A stretch of DNA of 64,000 nt from assembly GCF_006345805.1 (NCBI RefSeq), contig NC_042997.1, positions 172,918,001-172,982,000 on the forward strand, read 5' to 3'. Below the pieces are notes generated by a model, which made no database searches, was not told the DNA's origin, and saw only the letters and a list, made by a program, of their open reading frames with translations. How positions within the stretch are numbered: the stretch's first letter is position 1; each line of letters opens with the position of its first letter. Both the position numbers and the translations under genes were made by a program. Positions 38,111 through 50,696 of this stretch are shown piece by piece. The stretch is from Octopus sinensis (Eukaryota).

Positions 38111-38852
38111 TGTAATAATTTGAATTTGCCTTGAATGGTCCCTTGCATACTGAACACTTGGTGAAATTGATTAATAATTAATTAATTTTGCCCTCAATTG
38201 TTGAAATTATATATATATATATATTATATATACATAACCTTTGAAACAGGAATCAATATAATCTGAATCCAGCCAGGAAGACAGATAAGTAATATCTCAC
38301 TGCCCTTCTTGCTGCTGACAAAAACAAAAAAAAAAAAACAACCCAAAACACCTACACTCTTAACATCCTGTGTAACATGAATCTATACAGCACTGCATCT
38401 GTCTGTCAGTAACATCTGAAAAACCACAAGAATTTAACCAGCCTTGTTTATATTTGTTTTAAAAGAAGTCAGAACAGCCTAATCCAAGGGAGAAAACTTT
38501 AATGTCTTCCTCTATCGGTTACATCATTCTGTATCATGCATTAATAACATTGATCCATGTGTTGCTGAATTTATGCCATTTTTTTTTTTTTTGTCTAAAA
38601 TCAATTTATTAAAATTTTCATTGAAAAATGGTCACTGGTCATTATTCAAGTGACAAATTATTGTTGAATTAAAGGTAGATAAGACATTAGATGTGATAAC
38701 CTCAACGATATATCAATTTCTTCCTTGCACATTACGATGTCTGTCTTCAATCCATCAAATTTTTACAGTTAAAGACTCAGGCAATATATTACTTCAAGAC
38801 TGATTGGGCACTGAAGGTTTTGCAGACGTAGTTAGTCCAATGTAGGACTTAA

Positions 38853-39272
38853 CCCTTTCGTTGCTATATTTATTTTGAGATGCTCTGTGTTTCTTTCAAT
38901 TACTTTAACCCTTTAGCATTTAAACCGGCCATATCCGGCCAAAAGTATTCTGCCTGTTTTATGTGCAAACTGGCCACATCTACAATATCATTTTAAAAAT
39001 TAAAACAGTTTCCTCATCAAAATCTCATTGCTACAAGAGATTAGTTCAAAACAGTGTGGGTGAAAAAGCATAAATTTTGGCAGAATAATGTGAACACTAA
39101 ACGGTTAAATATAACAAAGAATTTAGTAAAATAACTTAGTTATCATTAAGCTAGTGTTAGGAACATAAATTGTAACTAAGGTTTGGTGGGAGATTTTAAT
39201 TCAAAACTTATGAAAACAAGACATTTGTACTCAGAGCCAGAGGCAGTTTCAGCCAGGTTGGTAATGAAAGGG
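38853..39272. mobile_element. TTAA-flanked (piggyBac-like) MITE A containing nested MITE B (38909-39104)
   Basis: TTAA at 38849-38852 and 39273-39276, TIRs ccctttcgtt / aatgaaaggg. The inner element is bounded by TTAA at 38905-38908 and 39105-39108. Confidence 0.88.
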
Positions 39273-40460
39273 TTAATGAGACGGCTGCTATCTTCTCCTC
39301 TTGAGTTTTTGTAAGTGATATCACTCTCTTCAGACTAATATTTGAATGCAGAACAAAAGGAAGGGGTCAACTTTGTTCTTACATACATCGATGAAATTCA
39401 TACATACTTGATTTTGTTGTTTTTGATGAAAGTAACAGTTTTCTTACAAATGTCGTAATAAATAAAATGCAAAAAAGGTCAGGAACAAAAAATTTTTTTG
39501 CGATGTTTGTGTGTTTATGTCTCTGTTATGATAATAATCCAGGAGATTTCTCCTGATGGTTCTATCCCTTTGGGTTGCTTGGCACTTCTTTATCCAATCT
39601 CACCCTCCATAAGTAACATGTGACTGTGACAGTGAAGTCCTCTCACTAGTATGCTAAATTTGATTTTTCCTATGCCTACCTAACTTTTCTCTCAACTCAT
39701 TTATTCTATGTCTATCTGTTTACACAGAATGCAACATAAATCGGAAGAACTGAAATGAATTTAAATAATGCAAAAATTCACTATAGATTATAAGAAAATA
39801 TTAAAAGAATGTGCCTACATTCTTTCTGTACAACTGATGTGTTAGAAAAAAAAAAGTCTTCAGATAGACTGTTTTACAGTTTGTTGCCGACTCCTCAGGG
39901 AAAACACACCTGGCTTCTTTCCTTAATCAATATGAGCTGCTAATAAAGCAGCCATAAATTAGGTTAACAAAGTGATGGATAGCCTAATTAGGATATTTGT
40001 GCTTTTGGTGGCTTGTCATTAACTAAACGATGTCTATTTACACAGCATAAATCATAAGAAATTAAATTTAAATATCGTTGTGAATTAAAGAAGAATAAGA
40101 ATGTAAACACATTCTTTCCATACTATTGATGGTCAAAAGAGAAGGCAGGCATTGACTGACGAACAGTTTTACACTTTGTTGCACATGAACACTAATCATC
40201 TAACGGAGCATGCTTTGGACAACCCCTTCAATAAGCACCCTATTTCACGAGCATTCATCACACTTTGAACACAAGTATCGCAAAATCTGCTGAACGCTTT
40301 TCTTGCAAATCAAACACGACCACTAGTGAGTGCATTCTTTTCTGCCACTGAAGACTTCTTATATAGACTATGTCCTTGAGACCATATTCTACAATCTTAA
40401 AAATCACAGAGCATATTGAATAATAATCTTTTAGATACACTACACCAGAACAATAAATAT

Positions 40461-40833
40461 TCTTTTATTTGCTTCAGTCATTTGACTGTGGCCATGCTGG
40501 AGCACTGCATTTAGTCGAGCAAATCGCCCCCAGGACTTATTCTTTGTAAGTCTAGTACTTATTCTATTGGCCTTCTTGCCGAACTGCTAAGTGACAGGGA
40601 CGTAAACACACCAGCATCTGTTGTCAAGCGATGTTGGCGGGGACAAACACAGACACACAAGCATATACATACACACATATATATAGACGGGCTTCTTTCA
40701 GTTTCCACCAACCAAATCCACTCACAAGGCTTTGGTCAGCCCGAGGCTATAGTAGAAGACACATGCCCAAGGTGCCACGCAGTGGGACTGAACCCGGAAC
40801 CATGTGGTTGGTAAGCAAGCTACTTACCACACA
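40461..40833 (-). mobile_element. SINE family 1 copy
   Basis: Collinear with 521-954 along its length. Confidence 0.9.
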
Positions 40834-42029
40834 AAAATAAATAAAAAGTTAAGGTGGTCTACTTGATTAGATCTGACAAACAGCAGAACAACTACAGTAA
40901 CACTGTATTCACATTAGTAATACTAACCTACAACAAACTAACAAGAGGGCCTCTATATCATGAAACAACCATGTAGAAACATTAGCCAAATCTACATCAA
41001 ATCATTGCTGACCATTTTACAATAGGGTAAGATATAGCAGATAATATAATCTGAACTTGAACACCTTTAATTATAGGTCTAGTGGACAGGAATTAGCCTG
41101 GGGTTGAAAAACAATAACTATATGAAAAGAATCAATATGGAAATATGTATGATGAAATAAAGTGTTAGTGTTTTTGTTTGTCTTTTTTTTTCCTTTGTGC
41201 CTTTGGTTTCTCAGCTAATCGCCTTAAACTAGGAAACAATAAGAAAACAAAAATACTACAAATATCCTTGTAAATGTATACATACCAAAATGCAGAGAAA
41301 ACAAATGCATGCGCACGCACACACACGTGTATGTGTTTTATTTGTGTATATAATATGTGTGAGTATACTCTTTTGCTGGTTAAGCCATTCAAAACACACA
41401 CACACATATGACTACATACTAATAAGTTTATATATGAATTCATATATTATCATATATGAGAATATATATAAATATACACACACACACACGCATATACATA
41501 ACAGACAGTGGCAGCGGCAAAAAAAACAAACAAAACAAAACAAAAACAAAACAAAATAACAACAACTATAAAGTGAGACAGATTTTTACAATAATTGGCA
41601 GCGACACCAATGACCCAACTCACTATAAACTCTTGCTTGCTTTCTCACACATAAAATTGACCTCATATCAGGCTGCTTAGTTATATAAACTGGCAAATAT
41701 GAGTTATCCAAAGATAAAAAAAAACAACAAAAAAATTTTAAAAAAAAATGTATTATGGAAGAAACTAGAAACTTATTTCACAGCAGATATGAACTGAGGG
41801 GTGGTGGTGGTGGTGATATAATAAGGGATGTAAAGGGAATGTTTGTTTTTCTTTTTTGCCTTTTACCCTCCAAAATTCAAGAGTTGCAAGTGTTTAAATC
41901 AGATGGAAACATGTGTTATAAGTTTAGATAATATAAAGTAACACTTTCAAAACATCCTTAAATAAATAAATATATCCCACTATTGCTACTAGTTGTGATA
42001 TTAATAATAATAATAATAATAATGATAAT

Positions 42030-42452
42030 AATCATCATCATCATCGTTTATCGTCCGTTTTCCATGCTAGCATGGGTTGGACGGTTCAACTGGGGTCTGG
42101 GAAGCCCGAAGGCTGCACCAGGCCAGTCTGATCTGGCAGTGTTTCTACAGCTGGATGCCCTTCCTAACGCCAACCACTCCATGAGTGTAGTGGGTGCTTT
42201 TTATGTGCCACCGACACAGGTGCCAGACGAGGCTGGCGAACGGCCACGCTCGGATGGTGTTTTTTACGTGCCACCGGCATGGAGGCCAGGCGAGGCTGGC
42301 ACGGCCACTATCGGATGGTGTTTGTTACGTGCCACCAGCATGGAGGCCAGTCGGGGTGGCGCTGGCAACGGCCACGTTCGGACGGCTCTCTTACGTGCCA
42401 CCGGCACTGGTATCTCAGCTACAATTTCCATTGATGTTGAAAGATTTCGATT
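42030..42452 (-). mobile_element. RTE 3'-UTR-derived repeat with several internal tandem units
   Basis: catcatcatcgtttatcgtccgtttccatgctagcatggg... followed by repeated ttttacgtgccaccggca units. Confidence 0.88.
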
Positions 42453-42483
42453 TTGAATAATAACTAACAACACCAATAATAAC

Positions 42484-44170
42484 AACTGTTCCCACTACAG
42501 GCACAAGGTTTGAAATTTGGGAGAGGGAGCTGGTTGATGTAATCAACCCCAGTATTTGATTGGTATTTATTTTAATCAAATATTGGGGTTTAAAGGATGA
42601 AAGGTAAAGTCGATCTTGGTGGAAATATAATAATAATCCTTTCTTACTATAGGCACAAGGCCTGAAATTCTGGGTGAGGGGGACAGTCAATTAAACTGAT
42701 CCCAGTACTCAACTGGTACTTATTTTTATTGACCCTGGAAACTCCACCTGTCTAACACCCGTGGACATGTTTACAAAGTCAGAAAACAGCACAGTTTCCA
42801 TGACTTTCGGAAACATTTTTTCACACTAAGAGTTGCTGAAGCATGGAACAGACTGCCGTCATCAGTTGTTAGTTGTTGGAGCACTGCATCCTTCAAAACC
42901 TCCATGCTTCCTGAGATACGCCAACACTACACCTGATTTTCTCACCTCCATACACACACAAGCATGTATCTGACTCATACACTGTTCACTTTCCAGACCA
43001 TTTGTACATTACTGCATATGCTGTATACGCACTTTTGACAAGTTGTGGTGCACCTGAGCACTGTATACAATAATTTCATTATTATTATTATTATAAAAGG
43101 CAAAGTTGACCTCAACAGAATCTGAACTCAGAATGTAATGACGGATGAAATGCCACTAAGCATTTTGCCTGGCATGCTAATGATTCTGCCAGCTTGCTGC
43201 CTTTAACAACAACAACAACAATCCTTTCAACTATAGGCACAAGACCTGGAATTTGAGGGGAGGGTGATAGTCGATCACATCTATCCCATTACTTGACTGG
43301 TACTTAACTTATTGACCCCAAAAGGTAAAGTCAACCTTGGCAGAATTTGAACTCAGAACATAGTGATGGGTGGAAATACTGCTAAGCATTTTGCCCAATG
43401 TGTTAATGATTCTGCCAGCTCATCAAATTTTGGCACAAACATTGGCCAGTAATTGTTTTTTTTTTTTAGTTGGAAGTGGTTAGTCATTTATAATGGCCTC
43501 AGTGCTCAACTGGTACTTTATTTTATCAACACCAAAATAATGAAAGGCAATGTTGACGCTGGTGGGATTTGAACTCAGAGTGTAAAGAGTTGGAGGAAAT
43601 GTGGCTGACCATTTTGTCTGACACACAATTCTGCAAACTTGCCATCTTTAGTAATATTGCATCAAATTTTGGCACAAAGCTAGTAATATTTTTTAGAGGA
43701 AGAGATATTTGATTACACTGACCTCAGTCCAGTTAGAACTGGACTTATTTTATTGACTCTGAATGGAAGGATAAAAAACAAAATCAACAGCAGCAGAATT
43801 TGAAGTTGGGACATAAAAAGCCACAAGAAAAACTGTGAAGCATTTGCACCAATACATTAGCAATTCTGCCAACTCACCTTGAAAGGATGAAAGGCAAAGT
43901 CAATCTCGGTGGAAATATAATAATAATAATAATAATAATCATAATAATCCTTTCTACTATAGGCACAAGGCCTGAAATTTTGGGTGAAGTCCAGCAGTTT
44001 TGAGGTAAGAGGGCAGGTCAATTACATTGACCCCAGTGCTTGACTAGTATTATATTGACACCATAAGGATGAAGGGCAAAGTTGACTTTCGCAACAGCAT
44101 GTAAAGAACTGGAAGAAATGCTGCTAAACATTGTCTAATGCAGTAATGATTCTGTCAGCTCACTGTCATA
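42484..44170 (-). mobile_element. Array of about 7 co-oriented SINE family 3 copies or fragments
   Basis: Repeated aggcacaagg...gaaaggatgaaaggcaaagt...gaatttgaactcag...tctgccag units separated by AAT/AAC tracts. Confidence 0.85.
42742..43094 (+). mobile_element. Second CR1 3'-end copy of the same family as 36.8 kb, inserted inside a SINE
   Basis: Encodes SNTRGHVYKVRKQHSFHDFRKHFFTLRVAEAWNRLP, shares the 3' UTR motif gtgcacctgagcactgta and the ATT tail. The flanks rejoin to SINE sequence gaccc...aaaggcaaagttgacc. Confidence 0.9.
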
Positions 44171-44769
44171 ATAATAAGATTACAGGCAGTGGCTCAAGTG
44201 GCTTCTGATCTTAGCTATTTGGAAGTGTTAACATGTACATGTTTTGCCTTGGGCTACAACAAATATTCTGCTCAATACTACAAATTTGCTTGTCAGTTGC
44301 TTGACCGTAACCAGTTGACAATATGTGCATTTCTGATCACAAACACGAGTAGTGGGGGAACATCATAGCCATGTGCTGAGAAGAATTCTTTGGGGTTTGA
44401 ATAAGTCACCCGAGGAAACATGGGTGTTTTGTTCATCATTCTCAAACAACTCTTATTCTAGGACCTTTTTGAGTGGAATGGTCTACTTGATCTGAAGAAA
44501 ATTATAATCGGGATGCCCCTGCAAAGCCACAAGCAGTTTATCTTGGTATGAGGTTAGTAAGCCACACACATATGGTTATGATGCATGTGCCTGAAATACT
44601 CTTATCAGATGGTCAGCCATGATGAGTATATTGGGCTTTGTATATCTGTACACTTAACAATAATGTATATCTCTCATTTCACAATAATGCCATCTAAATT
44701 AGGAATAAGTCTAGCATTCTGAAGGTGTGATACTGAGGACAAATTAGTTTGATGCCACATAGACTGAAA

Positions 44770-45930
44770 GGTAAAGAGCAAGGGCTTATATACCTGTAAA
44801 GATCAGCTACTGATCAATAAAGCCATAACTGAAGACAACTGCAGAAAGAAGATAGGTCTAAGTATGGCCTAGATGAATTACTGAAAGGCTTTTGATATCA
44901 TTCCTCACATATGGATCCTAGAAAAACTAGCCATGAACAAAGTAGCACCAATGATCATAAGATATATAAAACATTCCATGAATAAATGGTAGACAGTGCT
45001 ACAGCTCCAGACAAACGAGGGACTCATCAAAACTAAAGCTATCCCCACTAGAAGAGGAATATTCCAGGGAGACACACTCTCTCCACTCCTTTTCTGCTTG
45101 GCACTGAGACCTTTATCTGACATGCTAAACAGAGCTGGATGTGGATACAACTGTTACGGCAAAACAATCAGCCACCTCTTATATATGGATGACCTAAACC
45201 TATACGCTACAAATGATAAACAGCTGGAAAGATTACTACAGGCAGTACATGGATTTACCAAAGAAATAAACATGAAATCTGGCTTAGAAAAAATGTGCCA
45301 AAGTAACCTTGAAAAGAGGAAAACTAGTTAAGATTTGCAACATTGCAGTAGATAAAGTGAATGAAATAAGAAAATTAGACCAAAACCAGACATACAAATA
45401 CTTAGGAATCAATGAACTAGATATGATACAACACACATAAATGAAAGAGAAAATAAAAAAAGGAATAATATAGACGAGTTAGATTAATACTGAACACAGA
45501 GCTCAATATGAGAAACAAGATAATAGGTATCAACACTCTAGCTGTCTCAGTTATAAGTTACAGCTAGAATATTCTTAACTGGACTCTATATGAACTAATC
45601 AAAATAGACAGGAAAGCTAGAAAAATAATGACTGGATTTTGGATGCACTACCCAAAATCTTACATAGTAAAGTTATATATGCAATATATAGTAGGCACAT
45701 TAGGTATGATAAAAAATATTCAGACATAACAAAAGCATCAGGACTAACAAGTATGTATAACATATAGAAAATAGCACTACTAGGCATTGCACACATGCTA
45801 TATAAAACACTTTCAATATAGTAAGAGCATCACAACAAACCACAGCACATACCCAAGGTACGTAGAGCTGCACTCAATAGTGTAGTGAAAGCATGTGATG
45901 AAAATAAAACTCCTGAATAATAATAATAAT
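44770..45930 (+). mobile_element. Decayed R4/Dong-clade non-LTR retrotransposon: RT with stops and frameshifts, internal deletion, C-terminus, (AAT)n tail
   Basis: Motifs CKDQLLINKA, KAFD.IPH.WI, RRGIFQGDTLSPLLFCLAL, ISHLLYMDDL, TYKYLG and C-terminal KIALLGIAHML. Ends in an aataataat array. Confidence 0.88.
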
Positions 45931-48311
45931 TGCTTCTCATTTAGACACAAGGCCAGCAATTTTTTGTACTTAACTGCTACTTTATTTTGAAGACAGTGAA
46001 GAGATGAAAGGCAAAGTTAACCTCAGCAAGATTTGACTGCAGAACATAGATACTACAAGGCATATTTTTAATACTCTAATAATTCAGTAAAACCGCTACC
46101 CTACGATAATAATTGTTTTTAAGACAGGTACAAAACCTGAAATTGTTGGGAAAAGTTATTTGATGGAATCAATTCCAGTTCTTGGCAGGCACTTCATCTT
46201 ACTATGAATGGTAAAGATGATTTCAGTGGGATTTGAACTCAAAACATAAAGAACCAGTACAAACACAGCCAGTCTGCTGTTGAAGCTCTGATGATTCTGT
46301 AAATTCACTCCCTTGTAATAATTTTTTCACTATACATTTATTTCTACAAGAGGAACAACAGAAATCTTTTGAACCAAGGAGGGACAGTCAGGTGGATGCT
46401 TAACCTATTAGAAGCCACTCTGTTAAAAAGAAAACTGTATAGCCAGGATAATGTAGTCCTGGAACTATGTTATCTAAAAGTAACAGCACCTTGTACAAAA
46501 AAAAAAAAAAATGATTTATTACAAGAAGTATAAAATTTGCCGGGGTTTTCAAGAAGGCAAAATAGCATCATGACAAAATGGAGATAAAACAAACTAAGTG
46601 ATGAAAAAATAAAATGGGTATATGATTAAGAAGTTTACTCCTCTAACCAAGTGGGCTCAGATTCAGTTACATGCAGTGTCTTCTACTATAGCCCCAGGCT
46701 AACCAATGTCTTGTGTGCAAATCTGGTAGGCTGAAACCTAAAAGAACACACTGTATGTGTGTGTTCTCAAGCTCATCAGCTCCTGTGAAACCATCCAACT
46801 CATGCCAGCATGGAAAACAGACATTAAATGATGATGATGATGTGCATGCTTGTGTGTACCATTGTCTTGGCATCATGATGGTTATAGATACGCATCACAG
46901 TTATACAAGCGAGGTTGTTCATTTCCAGTCTTTCATGGAAAATGTCTGGTCAGGGGGAAAAAATATTACCTTGCCTGGAAACAGGTCGGGTGGGGTGTGG
47001 CAACAAGAAGGGCATCGAGCTGAAGAAAATCTACATCAATGATTTCCATCTGACTCATACAGGCATGGAAAGGTGGATGTTAAGTGATGCTGATGATGAT
47101 GACGATGACGATGAATTAAAAACTTAGCTGAACTAACTTGACAAGAGTGTCTTGAACAGAGAGAGCATACAGAGAAACAACTTTGGTGGAAACAAGCACA
47201 TAATTTCTTAATTCACATAATTCCACCTTCATCCACCTTTTGGTCATTCTGATTCACCAACACTTTACATTTATTTTTCCATGTATATATTAAAATGTGT
47301 GAGCATACGCGCGCGCGCGCGCGTGTGTGTGTGTGTGTATATATATATAGACACATTTATTTAAACATGTATATAGACAGATAGACAGACACACACATGC
47401 GCATGTATGTCTGATATATGCATTTTTCAACTGCATATATCACACAAACACACACACACACAGATGTGTGTGCAGAGCTACGTTGAATCTTAATGTATAA
47501 CTAATTAATATTGATACCAGTAAATTGTTTGCCATAGCAACAGGCAGTGCTAGCTTTCCCAGTAAGTTTGCAAACTTTATGAATATACGCCAATATGAGT
47601 GACCAGTGCTGATGTTGTGAATGACAACAGCGATCTCTCACCTTAAGTGAAAAGGGCAGAAATGATGTGAGAAATTAAATTAATGGTTTGGAAAAGGGGA
47701 TTTGAGTAGTAGTGGAGAGAGAAGAAAGCAATGGAAGTGAACGAAACAGGGAGAGACGATGGCAGGGTGGAGATGCTTGTGCATAACAAGTTGAAACAGT
47801 GATGTTCTTAGCTCCAGGAAGATTTCCAAATATATATAAGACATAATCATGTTAAAATTTAGCTGAAACAGTTCATACAGCAGTTATGGATTTAAAAAAA
47901 AAACTTGCTATTGGCCAAAGTACACACATACATGCAAGCACGCACGTGCATACACACACATCGTGAGGAGAGAGGGATGGAAGGGAACAGAAATTAAGGT
48001 AGTTGTTGCCGTTATTGCCAAGCACCAGGCCTGGTGGCATCTTTGGTTGGACATGCATTTAAGGGAATCTCAACTGTGACCATTCTTGTCATTTTTGTTT
48101 TCTTTAGGCCTTACATGTACAATATAATATTGTACAAGGTATTAATATATATATATATATATATAGGTAAACAGTAAAAATAATTACAGACATGGACAAG
48201 AACATGAAACACCACAGAGACGAGACAAGAACCACAGGACGGGACATTCGAAGCCCTCAGTCATCAGTCAAGAACCAGATCATCTTAGCAATTTCGGCTG
48301 ATATACATACA

Positions 48312-48528
48312 CTCTCTTTTTACTCTTTTACTTGTTTCAGTCATGTGACTGTGGCCATGCTGGAGCACTGCCTTTTAGTCGAGGAAATCGACCCCAGGAC
48401 TTATTCTTTGTAAACCTAGTATTTATTCAATCAGTCTTGTTTGCCAAACTGCTAAGTTACGGGGACGTAAACACACCAGCATCGGTTGTCAAGCAACGTT
48501 GGGGAAACAAACACAGACACACAAACAT

Positions 48529-48576
<48 letters not shown>

Positions 48577-48697
48577 GGCTTCTTTCAGTTTCCATCTACC
48601 AAATCCACTCACAAGGTTTTGGTCGACCTGAGGCTATAGTAGAAGACACTTGCCCAAGGTGCCATGCAGTGGGACTGAACCCGGAACCATGTGGTTC
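48312..48697 (-). mobile_element. SINE family 1 copy
   Basis: Collinear with 521-954 and 40461-40833. Confidence 0.9.
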
Positions 48698-48825
48698 TCC
48701 TATGCCTATATATATATACATTGATATATATATATACATATATATATACACACACACACACACACAGATATAGATATACACACACACATACATATATATA
48801 TACACACACACACAGATATAGATAT

Positions 48826-48861
<36 letters not shown>

Positions 48862-49126
48862 GACAAAGAGAGAGAGAGAAGGGTCTTTCTTTGTTGGTTC
48901 ATTATTGTTGTTTTTGTTAGCTCATGAGTTATCATATTGAGTAGGTGCTCTAATAAAAATGTTTCCATCTGGTCTTTATTTTTAAGATTGGGTAGAATAA
49001 ATGTAAATAAAAACTGGTAGAATATGTGTGTAGAACAAGAGTGAAGTATCTTCTTGATGGCAACCTAAATTAACATCAGTTGAAGGTGTGGTTAGCAAGT
49101 GGTTGGAAAGCGAGGTGGGGGTTTAA

Positions 49127-49347
49127 CCCTTTAGTATTTAAACCGGCCATATCTGGCCAAAAGTATTCTGCCTGTTTTATGTTCAAACTTGCCAGATCTG
49201 GTCTCTTACACCAGCCCTACAATATCATTTTAAAAATTAACAGCTACCTCATCAAAATCTCACAGTTCCAAGATAATGCCTGATTAGTTCAAGGCAATGT
49301 GGATATAAAAGGATTAATTATGGTAGAATAATGCGAACACTAAGGGG
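49127..49347. mobile_element. TTAA-flanked MITE B
   Basis: ttaa|ccctttagt...actaagggg|ttaa. Other copies: 5999-6215 and ~36338-36550 (reverse), 23540-24137 (LINE inside), ~53797-54135 (RTE tail inside). Confidence 0.88.
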
Positions 49348-49491
49348 TTAATGCAACCATGTTGGAATAGAATCTTCAAATTTAAATAATAGAATTTAGG
49401 TGTATTGGTGTATCTAGGAGTATCTACATTTTTGTGTTCACTTGTATCTAAAGATTGTATGATTATGTCTGCTTTTCTATGTGTATGCTCT

Positions 49492-49899
49492 TACTCTTTT
49501 ACTTGTTTCAGTCATTTGACTGCGGCCATGCTGGAGCCCCACCTTTATTCGAGCAAATCGACCCCAGGACTTATTCTTTGTAAGCTTAGTACTTATTCTA
49601 CCGGGTCTCTTTTGCCAAACCACTAAGTTACGGGGACGTGAGCATGCCAGCATCGGTTATCAAGCAATGTTGGGGGGACAGACAAATAGACAGACACACA
49701 CACGCACACACACACACATATATATATGCACACACACACACACATATATACAACGGGCTTCTTTCAGTTTCCGTCTACCAAATCTACTCACAAGGTTTTG
49801 GTCAGCCCAAAGCTATAGTAGAAGACACTCGCCCAAGGTGCCATGCAGTGGGACTGAACCCAGAACTATGTGGTTGGTAAGCAAGCTACTTACCACACA
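49492..49899 (-). mobile_element. SINE family 1 copy
   Basis: Collinear with the other family 1 copies. Confidence 0.9.
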
Positions 49900-50472
49900 G
49901 TATTTGTACTCTTTACCTTCTTAGTTCAAATCCTACCAGGCCAACATTTACTGTTTGTCTTTTCAAAATCAATGACATAACATGGTACCTCTTTACAACA
50001 GCAGAATTGCTAGGGCATGAGGTAATATGCCTTTCCCACTGTTAATTTGAATGCTGCATTATCAGCTTTGATTCCATGGAGAGCAGTCCAAAAATCAAGG
50101 TGTAGCTATTTCCTCTTCTGCGATATTGAGCTGGGTCAAAGGTGAAAGGATCAATAGAGTGTCCGCTTGCAAAAGCATGAGCAAAGTGATGCCTGAATTA
50201 CATGACAAGAAAAACAGGGAAGCAACATTGCTATTATAGTAGGCAACCTGAAGCAATTCAGAATTATTTTTACTCTAGCTTTAGCAATGATCACTTCAGT
50301 TTTTTTCTAAGACTATAAAACGTGATTTGAAAGAGATATTATAGCTTTCTTTGTTAAGCTGAATAACAACAAAATTTGGCTTAGCCCATTCGGAGCTACA
50401 TTATTAATGAAGGATGACTGTTGCAATTACTTTTTCAATTTTTCAATACGATCAAACTGTTTGAGGAGTTTA

Positions 50473-50696
50473 ACCCTTTCGTTACCATATTTCTGTTGAG
50501 ATGCTCTGTGTTTCTTTCAATTAATTTTAAATAGAACAAAGAATTTAGTAAAATAACTTAGTTATCATTAAGCTAGTGTTAGGAACATAAATTATGTCTA
50601 AGGTTTGGTGGAAGATTTTAATTCAGAACTTTTGAAAACAAGACATTTGTACCATAGAGCCAGGGGTGGTTTAAGGCGGGTTGGAATCAAAAGGAT
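50473..50696. mobile_element. Uninterrupted MITE A
   Basis: Collinear with the outer parts of 38853-39272, with a single TTAA at the nesting site. Diverged reverse copies lie around 26746-27273. Confidence 0.85.
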
